This document shows, in pieces, positions 16,774-25,504 of a stretch of DNA of 54,556 nucleotides; within the stretch, counting starts at the first letter, position 1; every line of letters starts with the position of its first letter. The notes beneath the pieces were generated by a model that was not told the DNA's origin, did no database searches, and saw nothing but the letters and a program-made list of their open reading frames with translations. The translations under genes were made by a program, and so were the position numbers. Source of the stretch: an uncultured Coxiellaceae bacterium (lineage in GTDB: Bacteria > Pseudomonadota > Gammaproteobacteria > DSM-16500); assembly GCA_964533645.1 (NCBI GenBank), contig CAZHMQ010000001.1, forward strand, positions 1-54,556, written 5' to 3'.

Positions 16774-19557
16774 TTAACGCTGCTTGACTAATAAAGCCCG
16801 AATAATAGTATCCAAAACTTCATCCAAATATTTCCCAACATCTTCTGCCAAAAACCTCAACACCGTGTAACCATTCTCCTGCAGCAGCGCATCTTTTTTC
16901 CGATCCCGTCGATAAGCATTTGGGTCTGTTAAATGCTGTTTTCCATCGATCTCAATGGCAATGCGCAGAGTAGAACACAACAAATCAATTTCCATATTAC
17001 CTAAACCATTAAAAGAAATTGGGAGCTCGACATTGAGGCGAAACAAGCCTGCTGTTTTGGATAACGTTTCAAGGCGACGATAAAGAAACGCTTCTGTTAC
17101 GCTGCGCGCTCGTTCAACTCCTTCTACTTCGTTCACCAATGAAACTGTCGCTTGTCTAAATAAAGAGGCCAGAGGTTCATCTACTCCATCATAAATAAGC
17201 CTTTTTATAGTTGTTGCGTAATCTGCCTTCCATTTAGGATCAACAGGCAATGGAACACTCGTAGGCCAACCTGAAATGGCATTAGCAGGAAGTAAAATTT
17301 TATAACCGATAGCTTCATAAGCTTTGCAGCGACGATTAAACATGCGCTCTAACATAGGAACAGAAAAATCAGCGTAATCGTATACTTGGACTTCCTTCTT
17401 AAGATCATAAAGGCGATGCAATCGACCTACATATTGCGCAATCGTTCCTTGCCATGAAACAGGCAATGTCAAAAATAATGTATCTAATCGAGCATCATCA
17501 AATCCTTCGCCAATAAATTTGCCTGTCGCAAGTATGACCCGCTCTTCTTGTTCTGGAATATTTGTTAGTTGCATGATTGCTTGATTAAGTTCTCTGGAAC
17601 TCATTCCTCCACGTAACACGATGAGGTTCTTTACCATGCAAGATAATTTTTGAAATAAATTATCTAAATGTTCATTTCTCTCAGTTAAAATAATGGGTGA
17701 GCGACCAACCTGAACCGCTTGAATCACATCAGAGCAAATAAGTTCGTTACGCATTTCATCTTTGATTAATTCATTATACAAATCTTGAAATTGAATTCGT
17801 AAATTTTCATTTCTCGGCTTAATAAATTGAAATGCAGTAGGACGAACTAAAACGGCATGCTCAAAAGGCTGATTTGCCGCTTGCTCTTTTGCATTGACCT
17901 GATAACTCACCGGACCACAGCGCATGGTAATCATTGGATGACGACCATCTTTTCTTTTAAGCGTGGCGGTAAGTCCCGTAATATATTTTGCTTTGGCAAG
18001 TCGAATCAGTTTTTCAAAATTATCAGCAGGTAAATGATGGCATTCATCAACAATCAAATGACCATATTGAGCAATCTGGTCATCCACAACATCCCCTCGC
18101 ACTAAGCTTTGAATCAATGCAACATCACATAATCCCGTTGGCTTTTTACGACCACCGCCAATTCGCCCGATGGCAGTTTTGGGTAAATCTAAAAAAGTTA
18201 ATAATCGTTCTATCCACTGCTCTTGTAATTGTTTGCGATGCACCAAAACTAGAGTGTTAACTTTTCTTTGCGCAATAAGCCAGGCAGCAACCACCGTTTT
18301 TCCAAAAGCAGTTGTTGCAGATAAAACACCTATGTCTGATTTCATCATGGCCTGAACTGCAGTTTCCTGCTCAGGTCGTAAATGACCACAAAAATTCGTA
18401 ATGAGTGGCTCTCCTAAATAAAGCTCATCTTGAATCGTGAATTTGATTTTTAAATCCGAAAATAACTGGCAAATATCATTGAGACAACCCCGCGGTAAAC
18501 CGATGTGATGCGAATAATCATGCGCACATCCAATAACGCGAGGAATTTGATAAACAGGAAGTCGCATCGCCTGTGCTTTGTAAAATTCAGGATTCTGAAA
18601 TGCAGCCAATCGAATTAAACGGTTTCTAAGCGAAGGTGATAAGATATTTTTTTCTATAAAAATTTCGTTTCCTATTACGAGGTCAATTTTTTCAGGTAAA
18701 TCCACGATAGGAGTAACCTGTCGACGCGAAGGAAGCGCTTTCCAGGGAGTTGGATTATCTTCTTCTGTCACTTCGAGTCGTACACCAATCGTCCAACCTT
18801 TTGCTTCAGCGCGCTCAACTATCGCTTCAACTTCAGAACGTGCCAGTTTGCGTAAACTCGATACAAAAGCCCATTGATCTTCGTAAGGAATTAAATTTTC
18901 ATCTAAGAATATACTATTACCAGCTTGGCGTGCTTTTTTCTGTAGTGGAAGAGCAATCAAGTTTCCAAAACCGCCTTTAGGTAAAGTATCTTGATTCGGG
19001 AAAAATCGATCATAAGAATCCAAGCCAACATCAGGTTGCTGCTCCATTGTTTCTGTCAGCAAATAAGAACCTAATTTTCTTGCCAAACCTGCAGGAATAG
19101 CCTCCGTAAAAAACAACCAAACATGCGCTCCTTTGCCTGATCGTGACCGTTCAAGAGCCGCTTGCAAATTCATTTGTTGGCAAGTTTTCAAATAAGCGAC
19201 TGCATCTTTTTGCCATGTGCTTTTATCAAAATCAACCGCGAGAAAAAAGCATGTTTCATCTAAGAACATGGGATAAACACCCATGACAAAATCTTTGCCT
19301 TTATCATCTAATCCCAAAAGATGCCAACGTATTACCTCATCTGTCACCGGCAAGAAACGTCGATACTGGCAGTTGATGCATTTAATTTTTGGTTTTTCGC
19401 AAACACCTCTTACCCACTCATTTGCACAAGCAGGTGCATATCCCGCTTTTTGAGTTTTTTGGTTTTCAAATCGGCGAGGATAGATATCATCTCTTCCACG
19501 AAAAAGTGAACGAAATAATGCGATTTTATCGATAGTAGGTGATTCTTGATTTACCAT
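16774..19557 (-). CDS. Three-domain fusion: archaeo-eukaryotic primase-polymerase (PrimPol) + SF2 DExH helicase + DUF559/Vsr-like endonuclease
   Basis: AEP motifs are LAVDFDKS (DxD), SGKGAHVWLFF and GNLIALPL. The helicase has TAFGKTVVAAW (Walker A), LIVDECHHL, GLTATLKR and QYVGRLHR. The C-terminus IAIEIDGKQHLTDPNAYRRDRKKDALLQENGYTVLRF is DUF559-like. Confidence 0.8.
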   Translation of the reverse strand: MVNQESPTIDKIALFRSLFRGRDDIYPRRFENQKTQKAGYAPACANEWVRGVCEKPKIKCINCQYRRFLPVTDEVIRWHLLGLDDKGKDFVMGVYPMFLDETCFFLAVDFDKSTWQKDAVAYLKTCQQMNLQAALERSRSGKGAHVWLFFTEAIPAGLARKLGSYLLTETMEQQPDVGLDSYDRFFPNQDTLPKGGFGNLIALPLQKKARQAGNSIFLDENLIPYEDQWAFVSSLRKLARSEVEAIVERAEAKGWTIGVRLEVTEEDNPTPWKALPSRRQVTPIVDLPEKIDLVIGNEIFIEKNILSPSLRNRLIRLAAFQNPEFYKAQAMRLPVYQIPRVIGCAHDYSHHIGLPRGCLNDICQLFSDLKIKFTIQDELYLGEPLITNFCGHLRPEQETAVQAMMKSDIGVLSATTAFGKTVVAAWLIAQRKVNTLVLVHRKQLQEQWIERLLTFLDLPKTAIGRIGGGRKKPTGLCDVALIQSLVRGDVVDDQIAQYGHLIVDECHHLPADNFEKLIRLAKAKYITGLTATLKRKDGRHPMITMRCGPVSYQVNAKEQAANQPFEHAVLVRPTAFQFIKPRNENLRIQFQDLYNELIKDEMRNELICSDVIQAVQVGRSPIILTERNEHLDNLFQKLSCMVKNLIVLRGGMSSRELNQAIMQLTNIPEQEERVILATGKFIGEGFDDARLDTLFLTLPVSWQGTIAQYVGRLHRLYDLKKEVQVYDYADFSVPMLERMFNRRCKAYEAIGYKILLPANAISGWPTSVPLPVDPKWKADYATTIKRLIYDGVDEPLASLFRQATVSLVNEVEGVERARSVTEAFLYRRLETLSKTAGLFRLNVELPISFNGLGNMEIDLLCSTLRIAIEIDGKQHLTDPNAYRRDRKKDALLQENGYTVLRFLAEDVGKYLDEVLDTIIRALLVKQR

Positions 19558-19650
19558 GATTCAATTTCCCGTCAATACGGAGTTTCGGAGGGCTGATTTG
19601 AAGTGTTCAGAAAAACCATATTCAACTAATTATTTGTCATCAACCATTTA
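19558..19650. repeat. Copy A of an about 90-bp direct repeat (degenerate att-like junction)
   Basis: TTCAATTTCCCGTCAATACGGAGTTT...AACCATATTCAACTAATTATTTGTCATCAA aligns with 24295-24390 at roughly three quarters identity by eye. Its first bases resemble the tmRNA core TTCAATTCCCGCC. Confidence 0.6.
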
Positions 19651-20307
19651 GTTGATGCTACCATTTAATTTTCTGATCTCATTTATGTTAGAGAACTTTT
19701 CAATAAACAAACCGCGGAGCGTATAAAAAGCAAAAAAATTATCTCTATATGCAATAATATAGCCTGCTTCGGGTTTCGAGTTATTGATTTTAAAAAAAAA
19801 TAAATCAGGATTTTTAAATTTTTTATTGTTTTTTTCTTGAAGTAATATTTTTTCAAATTCATTTTTATGTTTTTTACCCAACTCTTCACCATAATCCGAA
19901 GAAAATACGATAATTTTAAAAAATAAAATCATCACGACTGTAATAAAAATTAGGCATAAAGAAAATAAAAATAAATAAATTTCAGTATTAGGAAAATTCT
20001 TCTTAGAATTATTAATAAAATATCCTGACAAATTATATTTATCTATGATGACTCGAGAAAAAATTAAAATAAATATTATACAGGATGAAATTACAATTGC
20101 ATTTTCAAAAAAATGATAAGAATATAAAATAATAACCTTACCTCCAAAAAATAGAATTGTGTTAAGTCCCTCTTCAAAAATGCCGTGAGGAACGCCAAAA
20201 ACACGGAGATAAGCACTATAATAATTAAGGCCAGCAGCATATAATATTGCAATTATTATCGGAAAAATAATAGTAAGTATATTTATAGCAAAATACTCTT
20301 TCTTCAT
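19648..20307 (-). CDS. Polytopic inner-membrane protein, unknown family
   Basis: 219 aa with at least four hydrophobic helices (INILTIIFPIIIAILYAAGL; ILFFGGKVIILYSYHFF; VISSCIIFILIFSRVI; IYLFLFSLCLIFITVVMILFF). It is extremely AT-rich and lies downstream of the 708-aa gene on the same strand. Confidence 0.6.
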   Translation of the reverse strand: MKKEYFAINILTIIFPIIIAILYAAGLNYYSAYLRVFGVPHGIFEEGLNTILFFGGKVIILYSYHFFENAIVISSCIIFILIFSRVIIDKYNLSGYFINNSKKNFPNTEIYLFLFSLCLIFITVVMILFFKIIVFSSDYGEELGKKHKNEFEKILLQEKNNKKFKNPDLFFFKINNSKPEAGYIIAYRDNFFAFYTLRGLFIEKFSNINEIRKLNGSIN

Positions 20308-20380
20308 AAAACTCTATGCCCCATAAAATTTTGTTAATTGTAGGTAATCTATAGTGTATTAATCATTAAAAATATTAAAT

Positions 20381-22507
20381 TTATTTTGCAACACTAGAAA
20401 TACCGAGCATTATCATTTTTTTCTCAGACCCAGACAGTCTCGTGTTTTTCAGCACTTCATTAAGTTTCGAGTGATAAAACTGTTTTTCCTCGTGTGAAAA
20501 TTCTGACTTTAACTTCCAACCCAAATGAGATAACAAATTTGCCAAAACCAATGTATCGTTTTCGTTACGAATAAAGGTCAAAATAAACTGATCTTTCTCT
20601 TTATCACTGTGCGTCATGGTGGCTGCATACGCACCAAGCCAGTTACATAATGGAATATTCTGTGATTTAGATAAGACCTGAGCATTATCAGAAAGCAGTT
20701 GTTGCTTATTATGCATTAAATGCTGTCTAAGAATATCTCTAACGCTATCATCAATTGATGCAGGAGATATTTCGTTCAATACAAAGCATGTTGTATGACT
20801 AAACAAACTTGTAGCGTCATTCGTTATTAAACTTGGCAATAAAATTCTTTGCTGTTCTTGACTTGAAAATGCCATTCTTAATTTTAGCAATGCACTGTCT
20901 TTACCAGAAAGCAACGATTCCGCATTCATCATATATTTTTTTCCGAATGTTTTTTCAATATCCTGCTGCGCCTGCTTAGGCGGAACAATAGAAGGATACA
21001 GCTGTATAACATATCGCAAAATTTCCTTGTTCTTTGATGTTATTAGCAAATCCTGCATGAAATTTTGTATTTTTATAATATTTGGAATTTCATTATTAGC
21101 TTCCACTAAATCTGCTTGACTGTGGAACTGGATAGAATTAATCATCATGATTAATAGGTGTTGTTGATTTTCTGTATTTTTCTGTGATTGAAAATTCTGA
21201 ATAAACTCTGATGTTAATTCAATGGGTTTCAGTGCATCCAAACAATCGATAAGATAAGTAAATTTATCTGGATTATCTTGATACTTGATAGCTAGCGACC
21301 ACAGTTGATTAAGTTTTACATATCGAGAAATTTGTTCGTCTTTGACAAATCGATACGTGGAATAATCAGCTTGTCTAATATTAAACTTTTGCGCTGCAAA
21401 TACTGAATCTAATTGAACTGACTGAATAAGTAGATTAATGTCCTTGACTGGATGAGAAGCGCCAACACACTTGGCTCCTTCAAAACTGCGACAAGCCACA
21501 AAAAAATCAAACATATCCACTGGCGAAAAAGGAAACATAAAGACCGGAAAAATATGCAAGTTTGCACCCATCAAATAAGCAAAATAAACAAATGAATCGC
21601 AGCGAAATTTTGCCGCTGTTACAGCATTAAGTAACTGCCACTGATGGATAGATTGATTATATATGTATTGTGCACCGTCACTTCCCGGATGCCAGTCCCA
21701 TCCCATTGTATATTCAAAAGGATAAAGATCCTGCAAACTTGCTTTTGTAATTATGTCGCCGCTCTCATCGAAGGTAAGAGTGTTTTTTTCTACCAACCCA
21801 TACTTTTCTCCCCAATAAGGATAACCTGCAATATGTTTAAACTTATCTAGATAATCTACCTGAATACCATCGTGTGGAAAGTCGTCTGATTTTTTAAGAA
21901 CCTCAATAACAAACGAATTAGCAAATGATAATCCCACATGACCAAACACACTAACAACAGGCCATGCCAAATCGCGCGCAACAAGATCTGCATAACAGGA
22001 TTGGTGAGTATCGCATCCGGTTTCTCCTGCTATTGAGCCTTGTGGACAAACATAAGATGGTTCAATTCTAATTGACGTAAAATCAAGATCTTCTCCTTCT
22101 TTATTTTTGCATTCTCTTCTTGCGACCATAGGTACAACAGCACTTGGGTCAGACTTTGTCTTATTCCAGTCTGAATAACTGTCTATCCAACTGGGATAGT
22201 CATATGGCGAATGCTCAGAATCCCTATCTAAACGAATATCGCTCCATTCGCAATACTCATGAATAGGGACACCAGAAAGCAAGTGTTTAGCAACTTCCTC
22301 TACAGACCCTTTTTCCTTATCGTGATAGGTTTTAAAAATTTGTCCACCACATGAATCCAATCCATCATATTCAACAGATGTATACCAGTATCCAGAAAAA
22401 ATTGGCAAAACATGCTCAGCTTTTGCAATTTGTATTTGGCAGAGAAACAGTAGGCATGACGCAATAAACACTCTAGATTTTCTTGAATAATTTTTCAGAT
22501 ATTTCAC
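20381..22507 (-). CDS. Secreted 708-aa protein: N-terminal region with a permuted papain/NlpC-P60-like His..Cys order, plus a long helical C-terminal region
   Basis: The signal peptide is SRVFIASCLLFLCQIQIAKA. FGHVGLSF...VIEVL is followed about 110 aa later by KFRCDSFVYFAYL, which resembles the YiiX/YaeF-type order (HxGI ... CSElVy.aY). No other family was recognised. Confidence 0.6.
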   Translation of the reverse strand: MKYLKNYSRKSRVFIASCLLFLCQIQIAKAEHVLPIFSGYWYTSVEYDGLDSCGGQIFKTYHDKEKGSVEEVAKHLLSGVPIHEYCEWSDIRLDRDSEHSPYDYPSWIDSYSDWNKTKSDPSAVVPMVARRECKNKEGEDLDFTSIRIEPSYVCPQGSIAGETGCDTHQSCYADLVARDLAWPVVSVFGHVGLSFANSFVIEVLKKSDDFPHDGIQVDYLDKFKHIAGYPYWGEKYGLVEKNTLTFDESGDIITKASLQDLYPFEYTMGWDWHPGSDGAQYIYNQSIHQWQLLNAVTAAKFRCDSFVYFAYLMGANLHIFPVFMFPFSPVDMFDFFVACRSFEGAKCVGASHPVKDINLLIQSVQLDSVFAAQKFNIRQADYSTYRFVKDEQISRYVKLNQLWSLAIKYQDNPDKFTYLIDCLDALKPIELTSEFIQNFQSQKNTENQQHLLIMMINSIQFHSQADLVEANNEIPNIIKIQNFMQDLLITSKNKEILRYVIQLYPSIVPPKQAQQDIEKTFGKKYMMNAESLLSGKDSALLKLRMAFSSQEQQRILLPSLITNDATSLFSHTTCFVLNEISPASIDDSVRDILRQHLMHNKQQLLSDNAQVLSKSQNIPLCNWLGAYAATMTHSDKEKDQFILTFIRNENDTLVLANLLSHLGWKLKSEFSHEEKQFYHSKLNEVLKNTRLSGSEKKMIMLGISSVAK

Positions 22508-22585
22508 TTAATAGAACTCCATCAAAATTGTATAATTTTCTGAATCTCTGGTTGATAATACTCAGCCACTTAATTCACTTCCAAA

Positions 22586-22831
22586 TTATTCAAAATGCTT
22601 CGCATCTTGATAATACTCATATACAAAACTATTAATTTCTAACCCCATCATTTTGCACTCTTGGAGAGTATGGCCAGGCTTGCAGAATTGTACTTTCAAA
22701 AAACGAGATATGATGCGTTGCGAAAGCAAGAAAGTGTAATTATACAAGCCTAGCTCATGTTTTACAAAGTAAGCAACGACACGATACAAAGAATAAAAGC
22801 TCAAATAAACCATACCAAGCGTAATTAGCAA
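22586..22831 (-). CDS. Doubtful small ORF upstream of the 708-aa gene
   Basis: 81 aa from the ORF track only. It has no recognisable motif or clear RBS. Confidence 0.2.
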   Translation of the reverse strand: MLITLGMVYLSFYSLYRVVAYFVKHELGLYNYTFLLSQRIISRFLKVQFCKPGHTLQECKMMGLEINSFVYEYYQDAKHFE

Positions 22832-22943
22832 TTATTCTAAATCTTATTTACCAGTCTTCCTTCTTTTTTTTCTGGCGTACTTGTTTTTTAAAATCAATTA
22901 ATATATAAATCACAGCATTTTACAACATAATGGAATACGCACA

Positions 22944-24023
22944 ATGTCGAGTGGAACAAGTGTGAATAGAAAGCCCCAACGTATTGAACTAATCAAACAA
23001 ATTCAAAATGAACGAAATTCATCTTTAATTACTTATCTAACCAGTACTCGGCCCGGCCTTGAAGTGCCCATGAATATTGACATTATTAGATATATATATG
23101 ACCATTTGGAAAAAATTAAAAATGGACACAAGGGTAAAACAAAACCAAAAATTGATCTGCTGATTCATAGCAATGGCGGAGATGGGATTGTTCCCTGGCG
23201 ATTAGTTACTCTTATTAGAGAATATACTGATGACTTTGGTGTTTTAGTGCCTCATCGAGCTTTTAGTGCAGCAACTTTAACTGCTCTTGGTGCAAATGAA
23301 ATCATCATGCACCCGATGGGTATGCTTGGTCCAACTGACCCTTCTGTTAGCAATCAATTTAATCCAGTAAATAATAAATCAGGCCTACATATACCAATTA
23401 GCGTAGAAGATGTAATTGCATATATACAGTTAATAAAAGAAGATGTAGGTATCAACCATGAAGATGAATTAGTCCAGGCATTTAACATATTAGCAAACCA
23501 AATTCATCCCCTTGCTCTAGGCAATGTGAGAAGGTCTATTTCTCAATCTCGAATGATGGCTTCCAAATTATTAAATTTGCACATCTCACCAAAAGAGCAA
23601 CATAAAATAACAGAAATCGCTGATAATTTAACTTCTAAGTTGTTTTATCATGGGCACCCAATTAATAGAAAAGAAGCTCGAGAACAAATTGGCTTAGACA
23701 CGGTAAGAGATGCCCCGCTTGAATTAGAAGCACTAATGTGGAAGCTATACCTTGAATACGAAGATGAGCTGAAATTACTTGCACCTTTCAAACCTGCTGA
23801 ACAATATCAAACAGAAATAACTAAAATACGCGCAGAAAAGAAAGGTAACAATATAAGTAAAACCAATCCAACTACCGCAAAAATTGCCTTTATAGAAAGT
23901 ACTTTCGATACCGATGTAGCAACATTAAGTTACGAATTAGTAGGCAACACTGAACAAAACGGCAAAACAAATGTTATTATGACCACCCTAGAGCAGGGCT
24001 GGCGCAAAGAGACAATGGAGTAA
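22944..24023 (+). CDS. SDH-family Clp-fold serine proteinase
   Basis: IDLLIHSNGGDGIVPWRLVTLIREY...VLVPHRAFSAATLTALGANEIIMHPMGMLGPTDP matches the remembered ClpP/SppA-fold 'serine dehydrogenase proteinase' pattern, with the nucleophile Ser in AFSAAT. Confidence 0.72.
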   Translation: MSSGTSVNRKPQRIELIKQIQNERNSSLITYLTSTRPGLEVPMNIDIIRYIYDHLEKIKNGHKGKTKPKIDLLIHSNGGDGIVPWRLVTLIREYTDDFGVLVPHRAFSAATLTALGANEIIMHPMGMLGPTDPSVSNQFNPVNNKSGLHIPISVEDVIAYIQLIKEDVGINHEDELVQAFNILANQIHPLALGNVRRSISQSRMMASKLLNLHISPKEQHKITEIADNLTSKLFYHGHPINRKEAREQIGLDTVRDAPLELEALMWKLYLEYEDELKLLAPFKPAEQYQTEITKIRAEKKGNNISKTNPTTAKIAFIESTFDTDVATLSYELVGNTEQNGKTNVIMTTLEQGWRKETME

Positions 24024-24047
24024 AATCTGCTATAATGAGTAATATCG

Positions 24048-24260
24048 ATGCAACTTACAGATGGTCATAACATGAAAAATTATGATATTTTTTCAGCGAA
24101 TTCAGTATATTTAAGTCAGCAAGCTGTAGCATCTAATGAATGGGAGCCTAGCAATAGCATACTACCTGAGCGCTTTAACTCAGTATCAGAGCCTCTTATT
24201 GATGAATATTTTGAAATACCCAGCACCCAATCCAGTAACGACTTAGTTACAGAAGATTAA
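24048..24260 (+). CDS. Small acidic protein downstream of the protease (uncertain)
   Basis: 70 aa ORF with an acidic C-terminal half (EPLIDEYFEIPSTQSSNDLVTED). It starts 25 nt after the protease stop. No family was recognised. Confidence 0.3.
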   Translation: MQLTDGHNMKNYDIFSANSVYLSQQAVASNEWEPSNSILPERFNSVSEPLIDEYFEIPSTQSSNDLVTED

Positions 24261-24286
24261 CATTAACTCAATGTGATTTTTAATCA

Positions 24287-24390
24287 GGACGCCGGTTCAA
24301 TTTCCCCGTCAGTACGGAGTTTTTGGGGGCTTAATTGGGGGCTTCTCAGAAAGACCACATTCACTTAATTATTTATTATCAATCAGTTAC
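24287..24390. repeat. Copy B of the about 90-bp repeat, preceded by a decayed tmRNA-core copy
   Basis: GGACGCCGGTTCAATTTCCCC compares with the tmRNA GGACGCGGGTTCAATTCCCGCC. The rest aligns with 19558-19650. Confidence 0.6.
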
Positions 24391-24411
24391 TTAACCAATA
24401 TGATTGACGCC

Positions 24412-24436
24412 GCCCCTTGATATCAAGGGCTTTTTC
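24412..24436 (+). terminator. Intrinsic-terminator-like hairpin with a T-run
   Basis: GCCCCTTGA-TA-TCAAGGGC is followed by TTTTTCGTTT. Confidence 0.5.
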
Positions 24437-24465
24437 GTTTCTAATATGTCCCAAGAAATCCAATA

Positions 24466-24547
24466 GGTACCCCAGACAGCCAGAACTCAAGTGGGGTATT
24501 TTGCTGGGTATGCGGGAAAATTAGAAATGAGATTTTGGAGATACCCC
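24466..24547. promoter_or_regulatory. Second cluster of the (G/A)TACCCC motif family with no integrase gene following
   Basis: GGTACCCC lies at 24466-24473, the inverted copy GGGGTAT at 24493-24499 and GATACCCC at 24540-24547. Its position relative to the tmRNA-like core mirrors that of 146-218. Confidence 0.4.
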
Positions 24548-24664
24548 AGTTCTAGCTTCAGTTGAAACTGATCTTATACAGTACTCATCATCTGTTGGCA
24601 TAGACATGTCAGAAGTTCGGGCAGCAATACAGAATCATTATGAAAAAACCTGAATTGAAGAATA

Positions 24665-24690
24665 CAACCGGTTACATTTGTAACCGGTTG
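24665..24690. other. Perfect 11-bp-stem hairpin CAACCGGTTAC-ATTT-GTAACCGGTTG
   Basis: It was seen directly in the sequence. It follows a short open frame ending at TGA (24649-24651) that looks like a gene remnant. Confidence 0.4.
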
Positions 24691-24846
24691 GCTTATAAGC
24701 CACCATTCTATATTCTAGAATCTGGAATGACTAAATTGTCCATATTTGGCGTTTTGAACTCGTGAAATTTTTGCACTTGTTGACTCTTTGCTTAATTTGC
24801 TTTCAAAAATCAGAGAATTTTGGTTTTCAAAAAATCGGGGTTAAAA

Positions 24847-24862
24847 ATGTCGAATTCGACAT
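24847..24862. promoter_or_regulatory. Perfect 16-bp palindrome ATGTCGAATTCGACAT upstream of the 178-aa ORF
   Basis: The sequence is self-complementary. A related CTCGAATTCGGGGG lies 12 nt downstream. It sits about 90 nt upstream of the GTG start at 24951. Confidence 0.3.
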
Positions 24863-24950
24863 CTTTAATTCCCTCGAATTCGGGGGAATAAACAGGTAGC
24901 ATTAACCGGCGACAATATGTCACCCATTGAAATTAATATGAGATAGAACA

Positions 24951-25487
24951 GTGCCACAATTTCGCCTAACACAAAAATTTGCAACAGACTGCAAAATTAA
25001 ACAATTGCATGAGCCTTTCACCATAACACATCCACTTGATGACTGGTTTATTGACCGAATGATTGTTGATCGCAAGAAAATAGCGATAATCACCCATGCA
25101 AAATCTACCTTCACTTTTTTTATCCCCTACGCTGATGCAGGCAGCGCCAAGGGAATGATCGCTTATTTTAAAAATCAGCTCAAAGAACTGTTTCAGCAAA
25201 ATTCATTACCAGCACTTGCTTTTGAAGTGGAAAAGCTGTTTGCAGAAGAACTCATCTTTGTTAAAACAGTTGATAGAAAAATCCTGGGGCACATGAACGA
25301 CTTTAAACGCTGTGCTGAACCCTACCCAGGTGATCCATTGCCTGTTGATTGGCATGATATCGCAGAGCGCATCAATAACATGCCAACCAAAGGTGGCGAA
25401 CAAGATTGGCTATACCCCGTGGAGCGTTTCAATAACTTACTGGGCGTCAATTTGTCAAAAAGAAAAAGTGAATTTTCTGCATTTTAA
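24951..25487 (+). CDS. Hypothetical protein (178 aa)
   Basis: The long ORF has balanced composition, a GTG start and no clear RBS. No family was recognised. Confidence 0.5.
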   Translation: MPQFRLTQKFATDCKIKQLHEPFTITHPLDDWFIDRMIVDRKKIAIITHAKSTFTFFIPYADAGSAKGMIAYFKNQLKELFQQNSLPALAFEVEKLFAEELIFVKTVDRKILGHMNDFKRCAEPYPGDPLPVDWHDIAERINNMPTKGGEQDWLYPVERFNNLLGVNLSKRKSEFSAF

Positions 25488-25504
25488 TGGTTAAAAAAAG
25501 ACTG

